Shown here: positions 9,061-23,700 of the stretch, piece after piece
Layout of the letters: each line of letters starts with the position of its first letter
Position numbering within the stretch: position 1 is the first letter of the stretch
DNA from: Antedon mediterranea
Lineage: Eukaryota > Animalia > Echinodermata
Direction: 5' to 3'
NCBI RefSeq assembly: GCF_964355755.1
Contig: NC_092677.1
Coordinates: forward strand, 8,888,101 to 8,952,100
DNA: 64,000 bases
Translations under genes and position numbers: made by a program
The notes under the pieces: generated by a model
Told to the model about the DNA's origin: nothing
Database searches by the model: none
The model's input: the letters and a program-made list of their open reading frames with translations, nothing else

Positions 9061-12000
9061 TCAGTTAATAAATGTTTCCATCATGTCTAAAATTAATTTT
9101 GCATTTAAGATGCACTTTTCGGCATCCTCTCTGTTGTATATGTTATGTGGTATCTCGTTGTTATACTGAAGTGGATAACGAGCGGCATTTTGATCTTTGC
9201 CGTATGTACATAGCTCATTTACATAGTTACGCAGATCAGGTGAACATCCTGGAATATCTTCAACTGTGATTCTCAGCCAGTTAAGACTATGAGTCATATA
9301 GCCTTTTCCTGTATGTGATAATATAGCAGCTTTTAATGACTTCTCTACTGCTTGCATACATTTATAGGCAACCCATTCATAACTCGGATTACGCCAATTA
9401 TCATTATAGGCTGCTTCGAAGTCATGGCAAGCCTGCCTCTGCCAGATTTTAGCTTGGCCTGGCGATGGTGTATATTCAAAGTCACGATCAGTCCATTCAC
9501 TAAATCCAGTTGAAGTATTCAGATTTGTTCTCTCTCTTCTAGCTCGTTGGTTCCAAGTTCTATAACGTTCCTCCCATTCTCCAGAATTTGTTGGATAGTA
9601 ATTGTTCTCAGTTGATGCTTTAGGACCGTGAAGTTCATTTTCTAAACGATCTACTTCATTTTTTAGATGTTTAAACACTTCAGTACAAAAAGCTTGATTA
9701 TCTGGATTTTTATCCGGATGCCATTTCCAGTATAATCGCTTGACTGCTTTTCTTCTTTCTGTATCTTCAAGCATCCAAATCTCTTCAAGTTTGTCTGACA
9801 ATTTCTCCTTTGTTTCGTCAAGATTGTCATATATTGGTGCTGCTGCTGCTGGTGGTGGTTCAGGGTCTTCAGGGTTATATTTAGGAGCCATATGAGTCAT
9901 GTCATGGTCTTCACTGCTACATTCAGGACCTGCATACGATTGTAAGCACAAATCTGCATACTGCTGGTCAAGGTCTTCCCTATTATATGTAGTAACTTCC
10001 GACTGTACGTCCAAGTCTACACACGCAGGGTCTTCCACATTATATTTAGGAGCTACGGGTGGTAATTCCATATCTGTATGTGTGTCCTTATGCGACACCC
10101 ATTTGTAAAGATCGAGTGTGCCGACAGTACTAACAGTCCCATAGTCAATAGTATACGTTTGGATAAGAGAGCCTTCAGACATATCGCTCTTTTGCAGTAT
10201 TTTTGCATACACAAATTCCCCATCTGTTTCATATACAACGTACTCCCCAACAATAAAATCAATGAATGGATCATTATCTAGTGACTCAACTACATCATCT
10301 GGTACTCGAGATCCCAAGTTTGGTGACACCAGTGGATCAGACATAGCGTTGAAAGCTTGGATGTTAAGTTTACTTAACACATCTTGTATCTTTGTTAGAT
10401 CATTACATATCATCTTCAACACTGCCTTGAAATGTGACACTCCAGTGAGATCACAAATACATTCCGCCAATGTCATTTTTAGATTATCTAAATCTGCGGC
10501 ATTATCTTGATGCCTCATGAAAATTGTTATAGGGTCTTGTCTTTCTAAAAAGCATTCTGATTCACTAGTGGTTCCTTTAACTTTTTTACCTGATTCCTCA
10601 AGATGCGTTTCCAAGTCCTTGATACATTTAATCGTAAGAAAATCTTGAGATAGCGCTGACGAGATGTTTAAAAGGTCAGTTTCTGAAAGTATATCTTTTT
10701 TGTGATTAGCCTCATGTTTTAAAATACGACAAATACCTTGGCGGAATTCCATAGATTGGATTTTACGTTTGAAGAAGTGTAATTGGTCACAGCATCCTTC
10801 CTTTGCATAACTGCATTCACTTTGATTTGAACTCATAGTCTCTGTCACATGTTCACTGAATTTACAAGGTTTTATTTCTTTCGGCATGTTTTCGATATAA
10901 ACAGTTGCAGCACTTTCCAAGCCAAAGTCAAGAAAATCAAAGAGAATACTTTTGTTATTTTTTACCTTCATTCTAACTTCATACATTGGTTTATCGTAGT
11001 ACTTCAAGGTGCTTGAATCAACAAGTTGGTACGCTCGATTTGGAAGATACAGTTTCTGTACATCTTGCAACCAGTCCATGTCCTTATGATGTTCGAAGAT
11101 TTTGACAACAGCGACTTTGATCTTTAAGACCAAATTTGGATTTTCAACAAACGATTGTTCATTTATATCATCGTGAACCATTCTCAAAAGTTTGCAGCAC
11201 TGCCAAACGGAAGGTTCATCTTGAGCACCAAGACAACTAAATAGGTTCATATATGGGACAAAGTCGAGGGGTATTGCATAGATATATGGTTCAAGCTCAA
11301 GACCATTCTTCATATGCTTCACAGTATACTTAGCTGGGATTAGTAAGGTATCATCACAAGCTAACACCAGGAAACTTCGTTAAATTCTTTTACAATAACG
11401 TCACAAAAGTTATTGAATTTTCGACATAGCTTACAAAAATATTTGTAAATTTTTCTCATCACTTCATGTAACTTTTGTTTACATTTAGTTGAAGACTCAC
11501 TTTCTGTTCTTTTTGAATTGTTATATGCCTCCCTCAAATTCGTGCATAAATTCTTAGTGTGCTGGAGAACAATTGGGAATGATGGCGTATTAGACACATT
11601 TAACATTGGGAAAAAATCCTTTGACTGTAAGGAAGTGACAGCGTAATCCGGTAGAATGCTTGCATTCGACGTCCAAACAAGAAACGTATTAGACTTAGTT
11701 ACGGAACCGTTGTAAGCTACGCCTACAGTTTTACGTCCTATAAATTGTTTGTGAAGTTTCAGCAATGTATTGTCTAAAGGATCAGGTACTAAAAACGCTA
11801 TGTCACGGATTTCTGTTAAGAAATCTTCATCGTTCTGCAATTCTTCACTATTTTCAATGTACACCACGAGGTCTTTAGATTGCTGCAGTACATCTTCCTC
11901 AACGCCAATCGTTTCTTTTATCTGTCTTGCGAATTGTAAAATCATTTCTGGTTTAGGTTTTGTTTGTAAGCCGAGATCTGTCATAAATTGTTTCCAAATT

Positions 12001-15000
12001 TCCTTACAGAATGGACCTGGTAAGAACTTTTCAGTCGGTAGCATGTGTTTGAATATTGTATCTGAATCGTCAAAAAAATCACATATACGTTTTAAAGGCT
12101 GATATTTGTGACCTATTAGAGGTATATTCTTCAAACCCATGTCAGATATCAATAACATTCTTTCATCATTTGATTTACCCTGGAGAGTTTGTCTGATGTG
12201 TTCCAAGTGGTAAACTCTTGCTTCATCACTAAACTTGTGGAACGATTTCAGAATGAACTTCTTGTAGACACTGGATTCCGTACATTCTGTTAAGCCAACA
12301 AGAGTGTGTATTTCTTTCAATGACCTATCATCTTTAATAAACCCCGCCTTGGATTTAGTTAACCATTGTTCTTTTTCCACCTCCGGAATGTCAGAATGAA
12401 GAACAAAGTTCTGTTTGCTTTGATTTAAGGCAATGGATTCATTGTAAATAGAAAGGTAGCATGGTAACTTTTTTAAATCATTGACATGCTGTTCCGTTAT
12501 CTCTGATCCAACGACTTGTTCAAAAAACAACAAAACATTTCGTCTGTTTTCATCAGTTAATGAACCAAATGCTTTGTCATTTGCTTCTAAGAGACTAACC
12601 AAACTTTTCAGTAATCTCTCAGGTGTACTTTTAGTGGTAATAAATCGTTTAATAAAATCAATAATAGACATCTGAGCTCTGTAGTTACACCCACTTTTGA
12701 AAATAGAACAATTTAAAACTGGAAGTTCCATCTTAGCAAGAGCATCTCTAACTTTGTTACCAGCTACATAATAGTCATTAAGTACCGAGTCAACTTCTGA
12801 AAATGGCATTAGATAATGATTTACTGTAGCTGGACCTGTCCGGATGGTAACAGGAAGCACAGACCAATTACCCATCAGTTCTCTGATGCAAGTAAATTCA
12901 TTATCATTATCACTGTTTTCAAATTCCTCTTTCAAAAAATTCCAAAGTTCTCGAATCCATGTTTTGTTTGGCACTTCATGACGGTTCGGGTCCCATATAA
13001 CTTTCGAATTTGAACTTTGTAGGTATACATTAGTGTGTAACCTCTCCACAAGATCTGTAGTGTTGAATCTGTTTATTTCATGTGACTTTTCTGAAAAATG
13101 ACTTTGAGCGCGGCTATGCACAAATTCTTTCAAGCAGTTCGGAAGTAACGTGTACTTTTCTGATAGAAATGTTGTTGTACTGAACCTTCGTAACTGTGAA
13201 TCTTGCGTTAGCAGCATTGGCAGCCCATTTAGTGGAATAACACCGTCTTGTAATTTCCCGTTCATATCAATATACTTCAACAGTTTAAAGTAATTTTCTT
13301 TACTCTTAAAGCTTGAGTTAGTGATGTTACAAGGCAATTCATCTTGATTTAATTCAGTTTTAAGGAAATTAACGACAGCATTCGGTGAAACTTTCTCAAC
13401 CGAATATATCCGGCGTTCACCAGCCTGATGTCGCGATGTTGCTTTTATCAGACCACTGTATACATTATCAGGAACAATTGTTACATTGAAACCAAGGCGT
13501 TGCAGAATTGGTATTGGAACTGTATTTCTTTCTTGTTTTTTGTTTCTTTGTTTCTTGTTTAGTAAAACCTCTTCCGTATAAAGGTATGCCGTATCTCCAG
13601 TGGGTTCAGAAAAAACGGGAAGCCATTTCAATGTGTAACGAAACCTTTCACTCTGAAACCTACTACAAGGCCTGATAGTTTCACCTAACAATCTGATAAC
13701 CGGAAACATTGACATATGATTTTGAAGAATATTTACAAATACTTGTGCAGCCAGTTGTATCCAACCTGAAGGCACTATATTTACATCTGGAAAGTAATAC
13801 CAATATACCTCCATCTTCTTGTTCATTGAAGAAAAGGTCAATTGTGATCTGAAGATTCTGTCTCTCAATTGTAGTAAAAGTTGGGAGTAGGACTGGGCAA
13901 TAACCTGGCATTTAACGTAATCATTCCAGTCATTATTTTGCGAAATAGTTGATAAATTGCGTCTGCTAGGATCAAGACTGAAATGTCCATTAATACTGAC
14001 AGGTAGATTCACTTCTATTGGAAGTGGTAGGAAGCAATACGTACGTGCAGTGGGCTGAAAAGTTGTAGATAAACACGCTGCTACGCCACTTCGTGGTAAA
14101 AGTTTAAAATTTCCTTCAGCATATGCGCATGACAACACATCAGGAATCTCGTCAGTAGATCCTATTCGTTGACTAATTAACCATACTTGTTCTTCGCCAT
14201 ATTTATCAGAAATTTTCATTTCATATGTAACCTCTTTCATTATGATTCCTTTTATGCTTGGTTTCCTGGCACAATCTTTTACATAGTGATAAAACTCCTC
14301 TCGTTTTTGTCTATCTTCTGGCGACAACTCTGCACTTACCCAGTAATCTGTTTTCATTTTGTTGGATTTATCAATATGTGAAATTGTAATCTTTGTAAGA
14401 TTATTTAAATACAATAACATATTAAACGCTTTTGATTCAAACGTGTTAAGCAATTTCTGCATTTCATTCCCATCGAATAGCGCCTGGCTCATTGGCACCT
14501 GATTATTTAAAGAAACATGATGCCTCATTTTTGTAGTACGTAAAGGAAATCTAAACAACGTACACCCCTTATTTTTGAGCGAGGGAAAACGAAAACAAGC
14601 CAGAGATCCTCGAAATAATTTATTGATTTTTTGTGAAAGTTTATATTGAAATCCTGGTGATTCTACAGTGGCGTGATCAATGAAAGCGCAGTGCGGATCA
14701 AAAATACAGAGCGTGTCGTCATTAGTTAAAAATGAAGGGCAATCTGTGAGATGGTACACGGAATTGAACCCTATTCCATATTGCCCTGTCTTATCTGGAT
14801 GTACAGACTTTGCACCAGTTCCAAGCTCTTGAATTCCCTTTAAGTCATCTTCTGTGAAAGGTTTGTTGTTGAAAACACACAATGCTGGTCCAAGAGTTTG
14901 TTTCCAGGATTCACAGAATACATTTTTATCTGAATGTTGCCGTTCGTCAAATATAAAATTAATTTCGTCGGCCCCGGCGTCGTCAGAATTCTGTAGCAGC

Positions 15001-18000
15001 TCTTTGAATATTGATTCATCACAAGGATACCCCTTCAGTATCTCACCGATTCGATTAGTCAGTTTCTGAACTTGCCCAAACATTGTACCATTAAGTTCCA
15101 ATCTATGCTTGGAAAGTACTCTTGTTCTTATATCTTTTATGCCTATATCTGCTGCCAGTTTATGAGGTATTAGGTCATTGCACAGTATTTCTCCTTCTAA
15201 AACATCGTCTGAAGTGTCATGCAGACAGAAGCTCAATTCGTCGACTGGTCTCAAGCATCCTTGCTTATCAGGAACTAAAATTTGCCGTTCATCCTCACAA
15301 GCTATATCTTCAAGAGGTTTGCATTCAGCAATACTTTGAACCATGTCAATTGCCACTTGTAAATCATCTTCTTCAAGAGCGTCTTCTTGGTACTTTAATT
15401 TAAGATTATAGCTGACATCTAACAAGATAGAATACGAGAAATCATCTTCAATGCCTAACAATTCAAAAAACGATTTATGCTTTTCAAGTTCTGTTGGTAG
15501 TTTGTAAAAGTAGGGATGGAATTCTCTCTTGCACTTCAATGCAACATGCTCAATCTTCAAGAATCTTCCAGAGCAAAGGACAATTGCTGATTTCTGTAAT
15601 TCTGTACGAATGGTGTCTTCAAAATCATGCAGCAATTTTCCAAGATCTGAATATATATTTGTGCACATGCGCAAAACAGTCAATTCATTCTCTGCAAGGT
15701 TCTCATTCTTAATATTGCTTAATTGTTTAAGTTGTTGTGTGACGTCACAACAATAAGATGTGCTAATTTGGTTTGGTAGATTAAACATCTGACGTACAGA
15801 TTCTGAATTTTGACATAACTTAAAAACAACTTCATCAACAATAGGTTTCACAAAACATACCGAATCTACACACTCAGAAGGATAAATCTGTTCTTTTGCA
15901 CATAAAAAATCTCGGCTATCTGTTGTAAACCATGGAAAATCTTTCGGAAAATCGCTGGGTCTTGAAAAAACTGGCAATATATGTAGACATGACAGTTCTT
16001 CTTTAAACTCCAGGTCGATTTTCATCCGTTTTTCTTCTAAAAACATCATGAAATATTGTAGCCTCATTATCTTGTGTTGCCTATTATGCTTACTCTTTTC
16101 AATAACTTGACCTCTTTTTAGAAGTTCTGGAAAATTTATATTATCCTTTAAAATTCCTAGCTCAACCATAATTTGCATTCGTGTCTCGTCTTGAAAGGAC
16201 TGACTTGGGAAACGATTTTCTTCGGGTTCAAACAATTTGGCTACTTTGCCATCCGGGTGTACAACATTAGATATCATTTGCAAATGATTAGTACTGTTTG
16301 TTGGAATGCACGCTATGGTCATTAAGAGAGTTTTATACAGCGGTCTCTTATAATTGTCAATAACATGCATTGTTAATCTGTTACGAATATCATTTTCAAT
16401 TTTGCTGATGTTAGGAAAAAATATTTCTTCGAAAAATCGCTCTTCATTGTATGTTATTGTATTCAAATAGTCACCACAACCGGCAATTAGAAATCCCTGG
16501 ACAACTTTATCCGGGATATCTACAACATATCTTCCATGTGAGATGAATTTCTGAAGAACTGTTTTGACATTATCAGCAATAGTAGTATTCTGAACATCTG
16601 GCTTGTAAATTACGATTGAATCAATATTTAACCATTTATCATCCTTTGAGAATACGCATGGTTTATCTCCAGAACCATCAATTCCATGCACGATAGCCAT
16701 GTAGAATGATTTTAGCAGAGGAAAACATTCACTTTGCTGAGGAATCTGTGATTCATCTGGCCAAAGGTCATACATTTGGGCAGTTCCAAGGTATTTCTGT
16801 GCTTTTTCGTGTTTTAATAAGCTCACATAGCTTCTAGTAATAATGTCCACAAGAATGGCTTCGTTCCAATCAGATTTTTCATCCACACCATATTGTGCAA
16901 CTCTTTTCCAAAGACTACGCCTATCGGTAGATACCACAAAATTACCATTTATATGGCAAGGTACACCACATGCTGGTATTGAAAGTGGCAGGAAACAGAA
17001 TATTTCTCCTTGTTTAAGACTGCTGTTGACTGGAAGTGCTACACCTCCGCAGGGAATTTTATATCGTGATGTAGAAGTATTGTTTGGTTTCTTGAATAAA
17101 TCTAGAGCTTGTGATTGGCCCATTGCAGTAAACACTAACCAATCTCTGAAATCTTTCGAAGTAATATGATGAAACAGATCAGCACCCTCTGGTGTTAGAA
17201 AATGTTCAACACTCACCATTGTTAATGCAGATGGATAGTAACCTATATACTCTTTTTGTGACAGATACTGAGAAGCTTCACGCAATATGCTGTTCTGAAT
17301 TTCAAACTTCTTTTCTTCATCTTGATCATCCAGTGAAGCGTTTATCTTTTTCAGGTATTGTTTTGGATATTTTTCGAGAGAGAACAGTTTTACAGCATGC
17401 GTTGGGTTTTGACGAGGTTGTAAATGATAAACGGATACCTTCGTTACATGTTGCGTAAACAGAAGTAGTTTCTCAGACGTTTCGTTTACATTTTTCATTA
17501 ACTGAACAATGCCATCTTCATCAAAGTATTTATCACTTATCTGACTTTCAATTCCCATGGCGCGCTGTCTTAATGGCAAACGGAACAATGTTCCATTAAA
17601 GTTAACTTTATTACTTTGGAAAATATCACATCCAAAAATGTCCTGATACGGTTGGAATTGATCCTTGAATCTCCGTAACGTAGATTTACTTCGATTTAGA
17701 TCGATCCTAATTCCAGGGTTGCTCTTATCTCTGAGTTGATTATCCAAGAATTCTGTATGAGGGTCAAGAAACCCAATCATACCACGAGACAAGAAACTAG
17801 GAACGTCTGTTATATGATAAACAGAATTGAAACCTAAACCGAACGTGCCGATCTGCACCTGATTGTCTTGTTTTGTTCTCCCGCCGATTTTGGTAATATT
17901 ATCAAAATCTGTATCACTGAATGTTGCATCGTTATAAACCCATAATGCAGGACCGTTCCATGCCTTCATGCCTTTATCTAAAAGCTTTTGTTTTAACTCA

Positions 18001-21000
18001 CTATTTGTGCGCATATCAATCATAAATTTAACCTCAGTGGCACCTGCATCATCAGCGTTTTGAATCATCTCTTTGGCAATGGAATCTTCAATGTATCCAC
18101 TGTCAAGAATGTTCTTTAATCTTTGAGTAAGATCCTCCTTTTGACCAGCTTGTTGAAATCCTGCTAGTGACATGGCACCGCTAAACTTTTGAGCCAGTGA
18201 GGCTACACCAAGACGTTGGTAAATCTTACGAGGAACACTTTCATGCACCAATTTTATTTCTTCAAAATCGTCATCATTTGACCACTCCTCGTTTGGAAAG
18301 CATACATCATCACACGTAGTAAACTTCAGGCAATTTGAATTTCCAGTGGCCACAGGAAGCAAAATTCGATCTCTAACCTCGTCGGGCAGTTGTTCATCGG
18401 AAAATTGTGTCAAGTTTATAATAGATTCAATGATATGTATTACCAGATCTCTATCATCGTTAATGCGCTCTTCTTTCACGTTACCATTAGCTTTTTCATG
18501 GAATTGCACAATTTCCTCCAACAATCCAAGCATTGGTTCGGTCTCACCATCAAATGTTGTACTTGCTCCAAACTCATTAAATAAGTGTGTGAACGCATTT
18601 AATTTTGGAGAAAGAGTATATAGGTATGGTTCTAAGCTATGCCTAGTTTTTTTGATTAAAATTTGTCTCGGTGCAACAAAACTTTGTCCCGTCCAAACAA
18701 GTTTGTCCTCGTGCTCTCTAAATGATTTAAACTCATCTAAATTACTTTGCATAACGTAGTATATATCGGGTAGTATTCTTTCAATGGTATCTATGAGATC
18801 TGTGTTCTTAGTTTGATGCTGATCAGTTAGAAAGCTTACTATGTTCTGTAGATGTGTGTAAATCGACTTCAATGGAGGTGTTAAATCCCACTTGAATCTT
18901 TTAGATAGTTGGTTGTACTCATTTGAGACAAGAGCCAGTGTTGAGCCAACTAAAGGTGCGTGTGAGACAGATGTTACATCTTTTGGTGAAGCTAGAGTTT
19001 GATTTGACTGGAACCAAGGAAATTCTTCTGGGTATATCTGTTGATCTACAACCTTTACAACAGGAACCCATTGATAATTTTCAAGGTATGTAAGCACATT
19101 CATATCATCCAGAATTTGGTGAGAACATTCTAACAGTTCACATACAGCATGTGCTTTGCCTTTGTCGGGATGTACCATTAGGAGTTCTACACATCTTTTA
19201 ATTTCCAAAGGTTTTACTTGCTTATGTGTTTTTAATCCAAGCTGTAGTAGGATATCTCGATAATTACAGTCAAATGGTGCAGCAGGAAATAAATCCTCTT
19301 CTCCTCTAAACAGCTTGCTTAAAAGGTGATCGGACGGATCAAAACATTCAGATGCCTTCTGATGATTCCCGTTTTGTAAAGGGATAAATGGTTTGTCTTG
19401 TATTGTTTTTATTATTTTCGACCTGTACGTCTTATTGACTTCGTCCCACCTGTCCATTATCCAAATGATTAATTCTGTCAACTTCTTGTTTTCTGTGCAT
19501 TGAATCATTTGACACAGCACATCTTCTCTTGGACATTGTTTAAGGCTTAATTTAGAGGCCAAAATTCTGGAATCTTCACTTGATACATCAAGAATTTCCT
19601 CACTTGTTTGAAAGTCGACTGGAAGAGTATCTTTACTTACTGTCCTTAGCTCCTTGCCGTTTTCCATGGCTGCCTGGAATCTATTGGTTCTTCCCAAGAC
19701 GCGTGTTGCCTTATCAAAGACAGCAAGTTTTACTATAATATTCCTATCTTCAGTTGTCATATTATTTGGAATATCTTTCAAAAATGCCCTCAACAACTCT
19801 ACATTATTCACAGACAGTTTATCAACATCCTCCTTAAATGTTTCACTAGTTTTGGCTTCCGCATAAATTCGCAAGATGTCTGTGGGTTGTGCATAGTGGA
19901 AGTACTTTCTCCATTTAGAAGGAACAAATTCTGCATTATCAAAGTTAACAGGAATCAGATGCAGTTGTGGTAGTATATCTTCGATACTTGATTTGTTGCT
20001 GCTACTGGTGACAACAATGTGAGAATTCTGTTGGAATCGAACTAATCTGATGTTATCACGGTCTTTGCTGAAGTTGGTGGGAACCAGTGTAATACCTTCA
20101 AATTCTTGGATGTCACACTCTGCTTCATTACAAACGTTTCTCTGTATGAAATTCCAGATTATTTCAAGCCAGCTCAGTGGCGGATAACCATTCCTGCCAG
20201 GACACCATAAGACATCTGGTTGGGTTAACCAATTAAGTGGCAATGCTTCTTTGAGCAAAGCTGAAATCATTTTAGGTTTCAGTTTCTGAACCTGGTTTAT
20301 ACCTGAAAAAAGAATCAATTTAATTTGTGAGAAACAGTAAAATTATTTGTTAATAAATCTGGGTAATGGAAACTTCTACATTATTAGGCCCAAAAATAAA
20401 GCAGTTTTTTTTTCTCTCTTTTGTGGCGCAAACACATTATTAATAATGTTGTCTAACATTTAAGTTATGTCTCCTACTTATGTTATTGCACGACTAAATT
20501 TCAAAATACTAAATATTTATATAATTATCTTGTATTGTTATATAGATTGTGCTTGATTAGTTTTTATAACTATATATTATCACCCTTTGTCAATATATGA
20601 TTTTTTTCTTGTTGACAATAAAGTTGAAAGTTTGAAACTAAAAAAAAGCACACAAACCTCCAAATAACTTACCTGTTTTTTTACTTTCAACTATGATCTT
20701 TTCCTTTAGTGATTCCCTTAGATCTTCTTTAATAAATTTATTGTTTAGACCTGGTACCAAATCCATTGTGCAATCACTTGATGCAAAGAATATCGCATTA
20801 GTATCTCCAGAAGCGAATTTACAAAACGATCCATCAGCTACTGGCAACAACTCAAACCCTTGTAGATCAATAAAATCATCATCGTCTAGTAAGTACTCTA
20901 AAAGGTTGATCTTTTCGCAACTAGTGAGGCTGCTCAAAGAAACATTACGTAGGGTGTCACGAACAATTTGAGGAGTAATACGGTTTCCATACTTCTCAAC

Positions 21001-23700
21001 TGTCTTTATGATATTTGGATAGTGTTTTATCGACACAATCGGCATGTTGTGTTTTAGAAGAAGCATTGAAATAAGGCGTTGTGTTTCTTCAGGAACTTTC
21101 TCAAGAAGGTCAAATATTGCAGTATTAGTACTTATCCACTCACCATTACCAACTTCACTAAAGAACACTTTCTCAATCAGTAATAGTTTGAACAGTTCAG
21201 GACACATTAATTCCTTCCATGGATAAGTAACTTTCTCCATGTCAGGCCACGTCTGATATACACATTCAACCGAACATTGGCCTGTTTTATGTAGTTCGAT
21301 AGCTTCGAGAATGAGCTTCACATATGCCTTTGGAACAAGGAGCTGTAGAAGAAGTTGGTTCCATTTTGAAATCTTATCGTGACGATCTTTAACGGGCCAT
21401 TTAATTGAACGACGGTCATCACTAACACCAAAATCAGCATTCACATGTACTGGTAACCCACTGTAGTTCTCTTCTGCTGGGAGCGGAAGAAAACAGAATG
21501 TTCTGCCGTCGATCATTTGCTCCTCGTGGCTTGTGGAAACATGCATGGCTACACCAACTATTGGAAGCCGATCATGTTCTTTTGCTAATGTAAACATTTC
21601 AGATTTTGGATCTGGATTGTCAATAAAATTACTCACAAGCCACTTGTACTCAATGACTTTCTTATGATTCTTAACCTGAATATTCATTGGGAATACTATG
21701 GAAAATTGTTTGTGTTTTTGGCATTTCCTGTCTTCAATAGATGCTACCATGTTTTCTCTACTTTCCTTTACAGAATGTTTTGTTTCATCTGACAGTTTAA
21801 CAGAGCATAAACATATTTCTTGTTCGGGAAGTCTTTCTCCGACAGTTATGCTTTCTGTATTCTTCAGAAATAGTAGCATTATTTTTGCATCATCAACAAA
21901 CAAATCGAAATATGTTTTTATATTATTTCCATCTATAATATCTTCTGAAATTACTGATGGTTGATTTCGAAGAGGAAGGCGAAAAATTGTTCCCATGAAG
22001 TCTTCTTCTTCAGGGATCGGATCTCCAAACAGATTTGTATATGGTGCAAATTGATCAGAGAAATTTCTGATGACACTTTTCTTCGTCCTACGACCGCTCT
22101 GCATTCTACCTTTGTACTCAAACAACTCCTCCCTGGGATCCATAAATGCTAAATAATCGCCACTGAGAATGCTTGCCATATCTAAAGGTTAAACAATATG
22201 TTATATCTACTACATATCGGTAAAAATTCAATAATGATAATAATGATAATTTTAGCATATCATCTAATGGAATTAAACTCTACAAATACAATTAAAACTA
22301 GCTTACCTGTCAAATGATATACTGACACAAATCCCATTCCAAAACGACCAACTTTTGTTGGATCATCCCTCTTTTTAGATACCGATAAATTCTGTATGCT
22401 TATCCAGTCATCGTCACGAAATATTGCATCATTGAAAGCACACAAAGCTGGCCCCTGGAAAGGTGACAAATCGCCAATTCCTTCCCCTCGATACAAACGA
22501 TCGGTGCCATGTTGCCGCTGATCATATAAAAACTTGACTGTCCCAGCTCCAGCGTCATCTGCATTCTGTGTCAACTCCTGTAAACAATATTTTTTTTTTA
22601 TTTGTGTGTACTTCTATTATCAAAATGAAACAAAAACGTAAGAAGTTGAAAAAGTAAGTATTGTTGTTGCCAGTTATCTGATGTACATTACTTATAGTTA
22701 GTAATAACAGTTTGTAAATCGTGTCGAACAAACGCTCATGCTCCACCCTAAACAATTATATATACTGCTCTTCCGTAATTCTTTGATAATAATTTTATAG
22801 TAAATTCTACCTTTAACAATTGACCACCAGTGTAATTTCGAAGTATTTGTTTGACGTTTTGTAACAGTGTTGGCGGTTTTTGCCCAAAACATAAATCTAA
22901 GAAAAAAGAGAGCGCTTTTTATTAAATTGTATTTATTAATTGTAAAATATATGTGTGAGGGCAAAGGGCGAAGAGTAAAATAATATAACATAAAATACAT
23001 TTTAATGAAATAATACATTTATTGAACAACAATCGCGTTGTTAAGTTTGTGACTTTTAAATTTCACAGAATATCGTAGTTTCGTAGGACTCTATTATAAT
23101 ACCGTAGCAATAATATTCGTTTGTATTGTTTAATCTATATCTTCATGGAGAGTGGATTTGACACTTTCTGGGGCACCTTTTAATTGTTTAGTCTTTAGAA
23201 TGGCGATTTTCCAAAAGTTTTTGTTTCTGCTAAATAAACACAGACTCGGCAATTTTTGGCCATCTTCACCCACCTGAACAATAGATCATAGAGAGGCAGG
23301 TCTACATAATATAGTGGTAGTTATATTTTGAAGAATAGGCATAATGACTAGGAATATGAGTAGACTATTACAGTATATAGCAATACTAAATTCGGCCCAA
23401 TTACGGGCGTACGGAATATTTCTACGTAAATACATGCTAAAATTATGCTTTGGCCAAAAATTATGCAAAACCTCGGGCAAAACACAATAATTATAAACAA
23501 ATCAACGACCCACACACATACGGTATTTTGGTATGAGTGAATGAAATTGTCTGTATTAATTACTAGGCGCCGTAACATGGTTTGTTTTTTACACACAAAA
23601 AATGGGTTGTCACAAACCATGTAGTTTGTCTATTTGTAAAACAAGACAAAACATGGTTTGTAAACAACATGTTTGAATTACCTTCCTCATCATCAGACAT
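9061..23700 (-). pseudogene. Sacsin-like gene copy A, 5 coding exons, with a 1-bp frameshift at ~11370 (possible pseudogene, truncated allele or assembly error)
   Basis: Exons 23700-23682, 22896-22811, 22577-22307, 22181-20673 and 20302-9061, all with GT-AG boundaries and compatible phases. Three SRR/GHKL motifs (ELTQNADDAGA..GRFGMGF, EMIQNADDAGA..GTFGLGF, ELLQNSDDAGA..GQYGIGF), J-domain WHPDKNP, and HEPN (YEWVAYKCMQAVEKSLKA..ARYP). The frame breaks between ORFs 11361-20318 and 9061-11367. About 4375 aa if repaired. Confidence 0.85.

Noticed and set aside
11361-11400. Programmed -1 ribosomal frameshift joining the two copy-A ORFs
   Set aside because: No canonical X XXY YYZ slippery heptamer, and paralog B is continuous in frame here, so a simple 1-bp deletion or error is more parsimonious.
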